Shown piece by piece: positions 1 through 7,836 of a stretch of DNA of 64,000 bases. The notes beneath the pieces were generated by a model. That model was not told the DNA's origin and ran no database searches. It saw only the letters and a program-made list of their open reading frames with translations. The stretch is from NCBI GenBank assembly GCA_964544855.1, contig CAZJDU010000003.1, forward strand, positions 8,545 to 72,544, given 5' to 3'. Every line of letters starts with the position of its first letter. Position 1 is the stretch's first letter. A program made the position numbers and the translations under genes. This DNA is from an uncultured Nocardioides sp. Lineage in GTDB: Bacteria > Actinomycetota > Actinomycetes > Propionibacteriales > Nocardioidaceae.

Positions 1-444
1 CTGGTGCGCATCCCGCGCTTCGGCGACGACTACGAGATCCCGGTGCTGGAGGGTTCCACCGACGAGGTGCTCGCGGCGGGCATCGGGCACATGGAGGAGA
101 CGGCCGGCCCGGGGGAGAAGGGCAACTACGCGATCGCCGCCCACCGGGTGACCCACGGTGAGCCGTTCGCCGACTTCCCCGAGCTGCGGGCCGGCGACCT
201 GGTGCACGTCGAGACCCGGGAGGCGATCTTCACCTACGAGCTCGACTCGGGCGGGGAGGACCTGATCGTCGACTTCACCGCGACGTGGGTGCTCGACCCG
301 TTCCCCGAGAACCCCGACGGCGGCACCCAGCCCGCGGACGGCGTCGGGCAGCGCCTCATCACCCTGCTGACCTGCTCGGAGATCTTCCACACCGACAACC
401 GCTCGGTGGCCTTCGGGCACCTGATCGAGACCGACACCAAGTGA
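1..444 (+). CDS. Class E sortase (5'-truncated by window edge)
   Basis: AAHRVTHGEPF His motif, LITLLTC catalytic Cys motif and downstream Arg; two LPXTG proteins follow. Confidence 0.9.
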   Translation: MVRIPRFGDDYEIPVLEGSTDEVLAAGIGHMEETAGPGEKGNYAIAAHRVTHGEPFADFPELRAGDLVHVETREAIFTYELDSGGEDLIVDFTATWVLDPFPENPDGGTQPADGVGQRLITLLTCSEIFHTDNRSVAFGHLIETDTK

Positions 445-513
445 GAGGCTCCCGCGGGACCGCTCAGTGATCGCACGGAGCGGAACGCCGGCTGCGAAAA
501 GATCTGACGGAGC

Positions 514-542
514 CGTAACCACCCGTCCCGACCGGCCGTTGG
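514..542 (+). promoter_or_regulatory. ECF-sigma-type promoter CGTAAC-N17-CGTTG
   Basis: Same motif and spacing recur at 1216-1244 before the paralogous gene. Confidence 0.55.
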
Positions 543-576
543 GGTCCATGACCGTACCCGGGATGGAGGCTCCTCG

Positions 577-1161
577 ATGCCCAAGCTGTTGGCCGCCCTG
601 GCCACTGTGATCACCGTCTGCCTGATCGCGCCCGCCGCGCCGGCCTCGGCCGACGACTACTCGGTCGGGATCCCGACCCGCACCGTGGTCGACGCGCCAC
701 CCTCGGTGCCGCCGCAGGCCACGATCGACGCGGTGATCACCGTGACGGCCAACGCGGACGGTGCCTCGCCGACGGGCTCGCTGAGCATCACGGTCACGCC
801 TCGCGCCGCCGAGCGGGGCGAGGACGGGGAGGGCGATCGCAGCGCCCGGCCGCGGACGGTCGCCTACGACGGCTCGCCGGTCACGGTCACGCTGCCCGGT
901 CGCAGCCCCGGTGAGTACACCATCACCGCCGCCTTCACCCCGTCCGCTCCGGAGATCTACGGCCCCTCCCAGGGCGCGGACTCCTATGTCGTGGCCGCGG
1001 GCAAGGCCCCGAGCGACCCCGACGACGGCGCGACGCCGCCCGGCGGACTGCCCGACACCGGCGGTCCGCACACACTGTGGCTGCTGCTGGGCCTGGTGCT
1101 GCTCGGCGTCGGCGGTGCCACCGTGCGCCAGGCGCGACGTCGCGACGGCCTGCCGGCCTGA
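577..1161 (+). CDS. LPXTG cell-wall-anchored protein with Ig-like beta-rich domain
   Basis: Signal peptide, GGAGG RBS, C-terminal LPDTG + hydrophobic helix + basic tail. Confidence 0.85.
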   Translation: MPKLLAALATVITVCLIAPAAPASADDYSVGIPTRTVVDAPPSVPPQATIDAVITVTANADGASPTGSLSITVTPRAAERGEDGEGDRSARPRTVAYDGSPVTVTLPGRSPGEYTITAAFTPSAPEIYGPSQGADSYVVAAGKAPSDPDDGATPPGGLPDTGGPHTLWLLLGLVLLGVGGATVRQARRRDGLPA

Positions 1162-1215
1162 GTGAGCTGAGCTCCACCCGCTGCGAGGGCCGCGAGGCCC
1201 CGCAGGGCGCACGGG

Positions 1216-1244
1216 CGTAACCCGCCGCGACCCGTCGCCGTTGA
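1216..1244 (+). promoter_or_regulatory. ECF-sigma-type promoter CGTAAC-N17-CGTTGA
   Basis: Copy of the 514-542 motif, ending 4 nt before GTG 1249. Confidence 0.55.
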
Positions 1245-1248
1245 CCCG

Positions 1249-1887
1249 GTGGGACAACGGACAGACTTGGGGGCCACGGTGGGTAGGCATGTCGTCTTCG
1301 CAGCAGTCATCACAGCGGCGCTGATCAGCGTCCCGGCTCCGGCGGCGACCGCGCGAGCGGCGCCAGACCGATGTGAGGGCGGCTCGTACGCCGTCCAGGT
1401 GCACACCCGCACCGATCTCGCGGCGACGGTGGTGGGTCGGACGAAGGCGCGGGTGACGGTCACGGTCAGCTCCGCGCTGGCGGGCTCCGGAGCTGTCACG
1501 GGCACCGTGGCACTGAGCGGCGCGGTGCAGCGCACCGTCCGCTACGACGGCGATCCGGTCTCCGTGGTCGTGCCCACACGCCGAGGGCGGACCTACCGGG
1601 TGCGGGCGGCGTTCACGCCGACCGATCCGGCGGTCCACGGCTGCTCCCGGGGTGCGGTGACCTTCACCTCCAGCGGCACGCCGGACGGCGGTCCCGGCCC
1701 CGGGCCCGGCGGCACCCTGCCCGACACCGGCGGACCGTCCTGGTGGTGGCTGCTGCTCGCGTCGCTGCTCCTCGGCGGTGGTGGGCTCGCGGTCCGTCAG
1801 TCCCGGACGTCCGGGAGCACCTTCTCGCTGATCAGTCGGAGGCTCTCCCACGAGGGCTCGGCCGGCAGCCCGCCACACAGTGGGTGA
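1249..1887 (+). CDS. LPXTG cell-wall-anchored protein, paralog of 577-1161
   Basis: Shared RTVxYDGxPV and AAFTP motifs, LPDTGGP + TM helix; start uncertain. Confidence 0.8.
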   Translation: MGQRTDLGATVGRHVVFAAVITAALISVPAPAATARAAPDRCEGGSYAVQVHTRTDLAATVVGRTKARVTVTVSSALAGSGAVTGTVALSGAVQRTVRYDGDPVSVVVPTRRGRTYRVRAAFTPTDPAVHGCSRGAVTFTSSGTPDGGPGPGPGGTLPDTGGPSWWWLLLASLLLGGGGLAVRQSRTSGSTFSLISRRLSHEGSAGSPPHSG

Positions 1888-2777
1888 CTGACCACCAGGC
1901 GCAGGCCGTCGCGACACCGCTGCACCAAGTCGTCGGGCGTGGCCACCAGATAGCGTCCGGCCGCGCGCAGCGCGGCCACGGTCTCCGCGTCGTCACGGAC
2001 CAGCGAGGGACCGCTGTCGCCGAAGACCGCGTAGCCCCTGGCGTCGGCCAGCAGGTGCTCGCCGTACCTCGCCCAGAACCGGTCCGGGTCCTCCGCCGCG
2101 ACGACGACGGCGGGTGCCTCCGGGGGCGCCAGGACCCACCCGGGTTCCCGGCCGAGGCGACGACACTCCGCCTCGTAGACCGCGCGCAGCTCCGGGTCGC
2201 CGACCTGCGGCTGGAACCCCAGGCCGAGCCGCGCCGCCCGGCGAGCGGCAGCGACGGACCCGCCGCCGTAGAACAGCACCGGGTGCGGGCGGCTCACCGG
2301 CAGCGGTGAGAGCCGTACGGTCCGGCCCCCGAGCGCCACCTCCTCGCCTGCCCAGAGTGCGAGCAGCGTCCGGATCTGCTGCTCCAGCACGGGCCCGCGT
2401 CCCGACCAGGGCCGCTCGAACGCGGCGTACTCCTCCGGGCGGTAGCCGAGACCGAAGGTGTAGCTGACCCGGCCGCCGCTGAGCAGATCGAGCACGGCCA
2501 CGTCCTCGGCCAGCCGCAGCGGGTCGTAGAGGTTCGCGAGCAGGGCTGCGACGGTGATCGGGATCCGCTGGGTCCGTGCGGCCATGGCCGAGGCGACGAC
2601 GAGGGGACTCGGCAGATAGCCGTCGTCGGTGACGTGGTGCTCGGAGAGCATGATCACGTCATGGTCCTGACGGTCGACGTACTCGGCCTGCTCGATCGCA
2701 CGCCGGTGCAGAGCGGACCGGCCGGCCGGGTCGAGCCCGGGGGAGCGGAGGTCGAAGCGGACGGCGAAGTGGACCAT
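1797..2777 (-). CDS. LLM class flavin-dependent oxidoreductase
   Basis: SEHH..DGYLPSP, PLRLAED.AVLD.LSGGR, GLGYRPEEY luciferase-like motifs. Confidence 0.9.
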   Translation of the reverse strand: MVHFAVRFDLRSPGLDPAGRSALHRRAIEQAEYVDRQDHDVIMLSEHHVTDDGYLPSPLVVASAMAARTQRIPITVAALLANLYDPLRLAEDVAVLDLLSGGRVSYTFGLGYRPEEYAAFERPWSGRGPVLEQQIRTLLALWAGEEVALGGRTVRLSPLPVSRPHPVLFYGGGSVAAARRAARLGLGFQPQVGDPELRAVYEAECRRLGREPGWVLAPPEAPAVVVAAEDPDRFWARYGEHLLADARGYAVFGDSGPSLVRDDAETVAALRAAGRYLVATPDDLVQRCRDGLRLVVSHPLCGGLPAEPSWESLRLISEKVLPDVRD

Positions 2778-2808
2778 GCGCGTACGCTAGACGATCGAGT
2801 AGCATTTC

Positions 2809-2822
2809 TGTAACACGTTCTA
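2809..2822. promoter_or_regulatory. KstR-type operator TGTAACACGTTCTA (TnnAACnnGTTnnA)
   Basis: Exact match to the KstR consensus in a divergent intergenic gap. Confidence 0.6.
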
Positions 2823-2842
2823 CCGCGTCCGAGGAGACGGTC

Positions 2843-2986
2843 ATGCCTTCACTACGCTGCCCCTGCGACACCACGATCCGGGGTGCGGACGACGACGAGC
2901 TCGTCGAGAAGGTCCAGGAGCACCTCGCGGCCGAGCACCCGGGCCGGGAGTACAGCCGCGAGGAGATCCTCTTCCTCGCGATGTGA
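2843..2986 (+). CDS. Small 47-aa protein, DUF1059-like (MPSLRCPCDTTIRGADDDELVEKVQEHLAAEHPGREYSREEILFLAM)
   Basis: GAGGAG RBS at 2831, CPC and HxxxxH motifs; below ORF-track length cutoff. Confidence 0.8.
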   Translation: MPSLRCPCDTTIRGADDDELVEKVQEHLAAEHPGREYSREEILFLAM

Positions 2987-2988
2987 GG

Positions 2989-3867
2989 TCAGTCGAAGAC
3001 GCGGGGGAGCTCGGAGGCTCGTCCCTCGAACCGCGGTGGCCGCTTCTCCCGGAAGGCCGCGACGCCCTCCTTGCCGTCGGCGATCGAGGTGTAGAACATC
3101 GCCAGCGAGTCGGAGAGGTGCGCCTCGAGGGGGTCGGCCGCTGCGCTGTTGCGATAGAGCAGCTGCTTGGCCAGGCCGAGGGCCACCGGGGAGCGGTCCG
3201 TCACGAAGGACCGGGCCAGCTCCTGTGCGGCCGCCAGCAGCTCGTCGGGCTCGTGCACGCTGCGCACCAGCCGGCCGGCCAGCGCCTGCTCGGCATCGAG
3301 GATCTCGGCCGAGTAGACCCACTCCAGCGCTTGCTGGAGGCCGACGATCCGGGGCAGGAACCACGACGAGCATGCCTCGGGGACGATGCCGAGACGTCCG
3401 AAGACGAACCCGATCCGGGCCTCGGTGGAGGCCAGCCGGAGATCCATGGCGAGCGTCATGGTCGCACCGATCCCGACCGCTGCACCGTTGATCGCGGCGA
3501 TCACCGGCTTCGGCAGGGCATGGATCGCCAGCGTCACCTTGCCGCCGGTGTCGCGGATGCCCTCGTCGTAGGGCGGCTGGTCGTAGGCGGCCCGGAACTC
3601 CTCGGGCGTGGGTGCCCGGGTCTCGTCGAGCCCGAAGACGTTGCCGTCGGCCGCGAGGTCCATCCCGGCGCAGAAGGCCTGCCCGGCGCCGGTCACGACG
3701 ATCGCGCGGATCGCGTCGTCCCAGGCGTCGGTGGTGAAGAACTGCAGCGCCTCCTGCGCCATGGTGAGGTCGAACGCGTTGAGCGCGTCCGGTCGGTCGA
3801 GCGTGAGGGTGGCGACGCCGTCGTCGGCCACGGTGCAGCTCAGCGTCCGATACGTCCGGTCACTCAC
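2989..3867 (-). CDS. Crotonase/enoyl-CoA hydratase family protein
   Basis: AFCAGMDL, KPVIAAINGAAVGIG, EGVAAFREKRPP. Confidence 0.92.
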   Translation of the reverse strand: MSDRTYRTLSCTVADDGVATLTLDRPDALNAFDLTMAQEALQFFTTDAWDDAIRAIVVTGAGQAFCAGMDLAADGNVFGLDETRAPTPEEFRAAYDQPPYDEGIRDTGGKVTLAIHALPKPVIAAINGAAVGIGATMTLAMDLRLASTEARIGFVFGRLGIVPEACSSWFLPRIVGLQQALEWVYSAEILDAEQALAGRLVRSVHEPDELLAAAQELARSFVTDRSPVALGLAKQLLYRNSAAADPLEAHLSDSLAMFYTSIADGKEGVAAFREKRPPRFEGRASELPRVFD

Positions 3868-3900
3868 GAGGTCTCGTCCTTCCGGTCGCGCTGCGGTGCC

Positions 3901-5061
3901 TCACTCGGGCACTCCTGCCGGGGTGCACTGCTGCGGTGTGATGTCGTCGGTGCGGTCCTCGATGACCGCGTCGAAGAGGGCCTCGGCCCGGGAGGTGTCC
4001 ATGGTGGTCGCCGAGCCGTCGGTGACCGGCATGGTGCAGGTGAGGCTGTTGTCGCCACCGACACGGCTCATGGCCAGCGCCCACTCCATGACATCGAACG
4101 GGCCGGTGCCCTCGCCGAAGGTGAAGAAGTCGGGCACCGCGTTGTTGACCTGCCACCAGCGCACGGGGTTGATCACCGTCCACGGGGAGAGCACAGCGTC
4201 GCCGATGGCGGCGACGACCTCCCGCTGCCGTCCGACCCGGTCCAGGTCGCCGCGGGTGGTCGCCCGCGTGCGTGAGTAGGCGAGCGCGACCTGGCCGTCG
4301 GCCTCCTGGCAGCCCTTCCGGACGTTGAGGCCGGCCTTGGGGTCCTTGATCCGCTCGTCGGGGCAGATCTCGATGCCCCCGACCGCGTCGACGACACCGG
4401 CCACGCCGTCGAGCCCGACCTCGACATAGTCGTCGATCCGGATGCCGGTCTGCGACTCCAGGACCGCCACGAGGTTGGTCGGGTCGCCGGGGTCGTAGTA
4501 GCCGTTGATCTTGCGGCCGTCGATGGTCCAGTCGCGCGGGTAGGAGATCAGGGTGCTGGGACCGGAGCCGGTGTGCAGCATCATGATGGTGTCGGCGAGC
4601 GTGCTCTGGGCGTTGCCGGTGCTGTACTGCCGGCGCTGCTCGGGCGTGAGGTTGGCGCGCGAGTCGCTGCCGACCATGAGGTAGGTGGTCCCCGGCTGGT
4701 CGGGCGGCCGCTCCCCGTCCGGCTCCCACGCGACCTGCTCGATCCGGGTCCAGGTCCAGATCGGCACCGCGATGAGGTAGACCAGCCACAGCACCAGCAG
4801 CACCGGGATCAGCCGCAGCCAGAACCCGACCCGGGTGAACCGGCTGCGCCCACGGGGAGCGGCAGGCTCCGGAGCGACCGGCGGCCCGGCGGGCCGCCTC
4901 GGTGGCGGAGAGCCCGAGGCGTCAGCGCCCGGGCGCGGCTGCTGCGGCAGCATCACGGTGGGGTCGGGAGCGTCGGCCGGCGGCTGGCGCCGGTCCTTGC
5001 CGTAGAGCCAGGAGTAGTCGCGGTCGCCGTCGCCGGATCCCGCGTGGGGGCGGTCTGCCAT
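3901..5061 (-). CDS. LCP (LytR-CpsA-Psr) family protein
   Basis: VGSDSR, DTIMMLH, SYPRD, ALAYSRTR..DLDR..RQR; start set at MADRP (the ORF-track extension overlaps other genes). Confidence 0.9.
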   Translation of the reverse strand: MADRPHAGSGDGDRDYSWLYGKDRRQPPADAPDPTVMLPQQPRPGADASGSPPPRRPAGPPVAPEPAAPRGRSRFTRVGFWLRLIPVLLVLWLVYLIAVPIWTWTRIEQVAWEPDGERPPDQPGTTYLMVGSDSRANLTPEQRRQYSTGNAQSTLADTIMMLHTGSGPSTLISYPRDWTIDGRKINGYYDPGDPTNLVAVLESQTGIRIDDYVEVGLDGVAGVVDAVGGIEICPDERIKDPKAGLNVRKGCQEADGQVALAYSRTRATTRGDLDRVGRQREVVAAIGDAVLSPWTVINPVRWWQVNNAVPDFFTFGEGTGPFDVMEWALAMSRVGGDNSLTCTMPVTDGSATTMDTSRAEALFDAVIEDRTDDITPQQCTPAGVPE

Positions 5062-5085
5062 GCCGCCTGACGCTACCGTCACCCC

Positions 5086-5595
5086 GTGACCGGAACACCT
5101 GCGGCTCGCACGCCGTCCTACTCCCGCATCGAGCTCGCCACCGTCGCCAGCCGCGGCCAGGCCAACCTGCTGGGCAACATCCACGGTGGTGAGGTGGTCA
5201 AGCTCGCCGACTCGACGGCGGGCGTGGTGGCCCAGCGACACGGCGGTGGTCCGGCGGTCACCGCGTCGCTGGACCAGATGGCGTTCCTCCAGCCGGTGCG
5301 CGTCGGCGACATCCTGCGGACCTACTCCCAGATCAACTGGGCCGGGCGGCCCTCGATGGAGGTCGGGGTGCGGGTCGAGTCGCAGCCGTACGACGACCCC
5401 ACGAGCGAGATGCTCCACGTCGCGTCGGCGTACTTCGTCTTCGTGGCGATCGACGGCTCGGGTGCCCCCCGGCCGGTGCCGGCCGTGGACCCGGAGACCG
5501 CCGAGGACGAGCGCCGGATGCGCGAGGCGCAGATCCGCCGGGCCTCGCGGCTGTCCGCCAAGGCCGAGATCGAGGCCGGCCGCAGCGCCGGCTGA
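5086..5595 (+). CDS. Acyl-CoA thioesterase (hotdog fold, YciA-like)
   Basis: NLLGNIHGG, VTASLD..FLQPV.VGD, YFVFVAID. Confidence 0.9.
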   Translation: MTGTPAARTPSYSRIELATVASRGQANLLGNIHGGEVVKLADSTAGVVAQRHGGGPAVTASLDQMAFLQPVRVGDILRTYSQINWAGRPSMEVGVRVESQPYDDPTSEMLHVASAYFVFVAIDGSGAPRPVPAVDPETAEDERRMREAQIRRASRLSAKAEIEAGRSAG

Positions 5596-5614
5596 TGCCC
5601 GAGCCGGCGGTGGC

Positions 5615-6562
5615 CTAGTGGCCCGGCGGTGGTGGCGGTGCGAGCTCGCGAGCGGGCGGTGGTTGAGGTGCGCGCTCGCGAGCCTCGAAACCACCGGACA
5701 CGCTCGCGGCCAGCGCCAGCGCCACCGCCTCCACGGCGGGAGGGTGTGGGGGAGCGCCGTACGTCGACACCTGCACCGCCCGCGCCGCGCCGGGGATCTG
5801 CTGGCGGACCACGCCGGGGTGCTCGTGGGCCGCGAGGGCCAGCCCTGGCAGCACGGTGATGCCGAACCCGCCCGCGACCAGCGCCTGCACGGCCACGTAG
5901 TCGTCGCTCGCGAACCCGATCTCGGGGTCGAAGCCGGCCCGGGCGCACAGGGCCAGCAGCTCGCGGCGGCAGCGTTCGCACCCCGTGATCCACCGGGCGT
6001 CGGCACAGGCGGCGAGATCGAGCGGCTCGGCGGCCGGGGTGGCTGACACGAGGTAGAGCGGGTCGGCGAGCACCCGGGTCGAGGTGATCTCGGCGGGATC
6101 GGGCTGGTCGGGGTAGGCGAAGGTGAGCGCGACGTCGACCTCCCCGGCACGCAGCATCGCGGCGGCCTCGGGCGGCTCCGCCTCGGCGAGCTCGAGCACC
6201 AGCCCGGGGTGTCGCTCGCCGAGCAGCGCGACGGCGCGCGGCACGACGGTCGCGGCGCCCGACGGGAAGGCGGCGAGCCGGATCCGGCCCGCCTGGAGGC
6301 TGGTCGCCGCGGCGAGCTCGGCCTCGGCGCGGCCGAGCAGCGCGAGGACCTCCTCGCCCCGGCGCGCCAGCCGGTCGCCCTCGGGGGTGAGGCGCAGCCC
6401 TCGGCCGACGCGCTGCAGCAGCACGCTTCCCGTCTCCGCCTCGAGCCGGCGCAGGTGGTGGGAGATCGTGGGCTGTCCGTAGCCCAGCGCGGTGGCGGCG
6501 CCGGACACGCTGCCGGTGCGCTGCAGCGCGACGAGCGCCTCGAGTCGACGGAGGTCGATCAT
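5615..6562 (-). CDS. LysR family transcriptional regulator
   Basis: N-terminal HTH (GSVSGAA..LGYGQPTISHHLRRLE), LysR substrate domain; divergent from dehydratase. Confidence 0.93.
   Translation of the reverse strand: MIDLRRLEALVALQRTGSVSGAATALGYGQPTISHHLRRLEAETGSVLLQRVGRGLRLTPEGDRLARRGEEVLALLGRAEAELAAATSLQAGRIRLAAFPSGAATVVPRAVALLGERHPGLVLELAEAEPPEAAAMLRAGEVDVALTFAYPDQPDPAEITSTRVLADPLYLVSATPAAEPLDLAACADARWITGCERCRRELLALCARAGFDPEIGFASDDYVAVQALVAGGFGITVLPGLALAAHEHPGVVRQQIPGAARAVQVSTYGAPPHPPAVEAVALALAASVSGGFEARERAPQPPPARELAPPPPPGH
5657..5696. repeat. REP-like palindrome inside the LysR 3' end
   Basis: CGGTGGTTGAGG...CCTCGAAACCACCG imperfect inverted repeat; degenerate partial copy at ~5627-5653. 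Confidence 0.65.
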
Positions 6563-6574
6563 CGACGCATTCTA

Positions 6575-6589
6575 TTCGATGTCATCGAA
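6575..6589. promoter_or_regulatory. LysR-type T-N11-A recognition box
   Basis: TTCGAT-GTC-ATCGAA palindrome in AT-rich divergent gap. Confidence 0.6.
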
Positions 6590-6647
6590 GGATTACCGAA
6601 AAAGGATCTATTGGACCGATGAGAAGTGATCGTCGACGATAGGCGGC

Positions 6648-7622
6648 ATGAGCGCCCCCACTCCCGCCGTCCCGGTCGGTTCCGACCTCACCTTCGACGA
6701 CGTCGTGGCAGCCGGCGAGGTCGTCGCGCGCGAGCTGGCCGCGACGCCGTTGCTCGCCCATCCGAGGCTCGACCGGGCCGTGGGTGTCGATGTGCTCGTG
6801 AAGCACGAGCACATGCAGCCCACCGGGTCGTTCAAGGTCCGCGGCGGTGTCCATCTCGCGTCACGGCTGACGCCCGAGGAGTCGGACTGCGGCCTGATCA
6901 CCACGTCGACGGGCAACCATGCCCAGTCGGTCGCGTACGCCGCACGGCTGGCCCGCGTCGACGCCACCGTCGTGATGCCGACGACCGCGCCGGCGTGCAA
7001 GCGCGACGCGGTGGAGGCGCTCGGCGCCACGGTCCTCACCCGAGGTGCGACACTCGGCGAGGCCGCGCAGCAGGCGCGCGAGCATGCCCGGACCACGGGA
7101 GCGTCGTACGTCGACCCCACCGACCCGCGCATCGTCCTCGGTCACGCGACGGCCTACCTCGAGCTGTTCCGCGAGGCCACGCCCGAGGTGATCTACGTGC
7201 CGATCGGGAGCGGCACGGGCGCGGCCGGCGCCTGCCTGGTGCGCGCGGCCCTCGCCCCGGAGTGTCGGATCGTCGGGGTCCAGTCCGCGGCCGCGCCGGC
7301 GGGATGGCGCTCCTGGCGGACCGGCGAGATCCGCACGGCGGCCTGCGCCACTCGGGCGTCCGGCCTGGCCACGACCACCGGCTATCCGCTGCCGCAGGCG
7401 ATCCTGCGCGGGGCGCTGGACGATTTCGTGCTGGTGACCGACGACCAGATCGACGCGGCCGCACGGCTGTTGGCGACCCACGCCCACACGTTGGCCGAGG
7501 GGGCGGGTGCCGCGTCCCTGGCCGCCCTCCTGGCCGACCCGGCGCCGCCCCGTCGTACGGCGATCGTGTGCACCGGTGGCAACGCCTCGACGGAGGAGAT
7601 CGCGCGGCTCGCGGCGGCCTGA
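6648..7622 (+). CDS. PLP-dependent threonine/serine dehydratase family protein
   Basis: GSFKVRG PLP lysine, STGNHAQ, PIGSGTG, TGGN. Confidence 0.9.
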   Translation: MSAPTPAVPVGSDLTFDDVVAAGEVVARELAATPLLAHPRLDRAVGVDVLVKHEHMQPTGSFKVRGGVHLASRLTPEESDCGLITTSTGNHAQSVAYAARLARVDATVVMPTTAPACKRDAVEALGATVLTRGATLGEAAQQAREHARTTGASYVDPTDPRIVLGHATAYLELFREATPEVIYVPIGSGTGAAGACLVRAALAPECRIVGVQSAAAPAGWRSWRTGEIRTAACATRASGLATTTGYPLPQAILRGALDDFVLVTDDQIDAAARLLATHAHTLAEGAGAASLAALLADPAPPRRTAIVCTGGNASTEEIARLAAA

Positions 7623-7836
7623 GCCGTCGTCACGAGGCGGGCGCGCCAGGCCGGGCGCTCAGCGCGACCGCCTGCGTGGCTCCTCGACGACCGTGCTGAC
7701 CGCCGACGCCTACGCCGAGTGCGAGGCGCGACACGCCGAGATGCCTACCGGCGCGTCGTGGGCGGTGTGACGGGTGTGACTGGTGATACTGAGCAGGTCA
7801 ACTGCTCACTTCCCCGGCAGGAGATGACCCCGTTCC

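Noticed and set aside
3901-6150. 749-aa LCP fusion; similar N-terminal extensions at 23316-24866, 26820-30122, 51194-53248, 54341-55960
   Set aside because: Extensions overlap well-supported genes; internal coupled starts explain the real proteins
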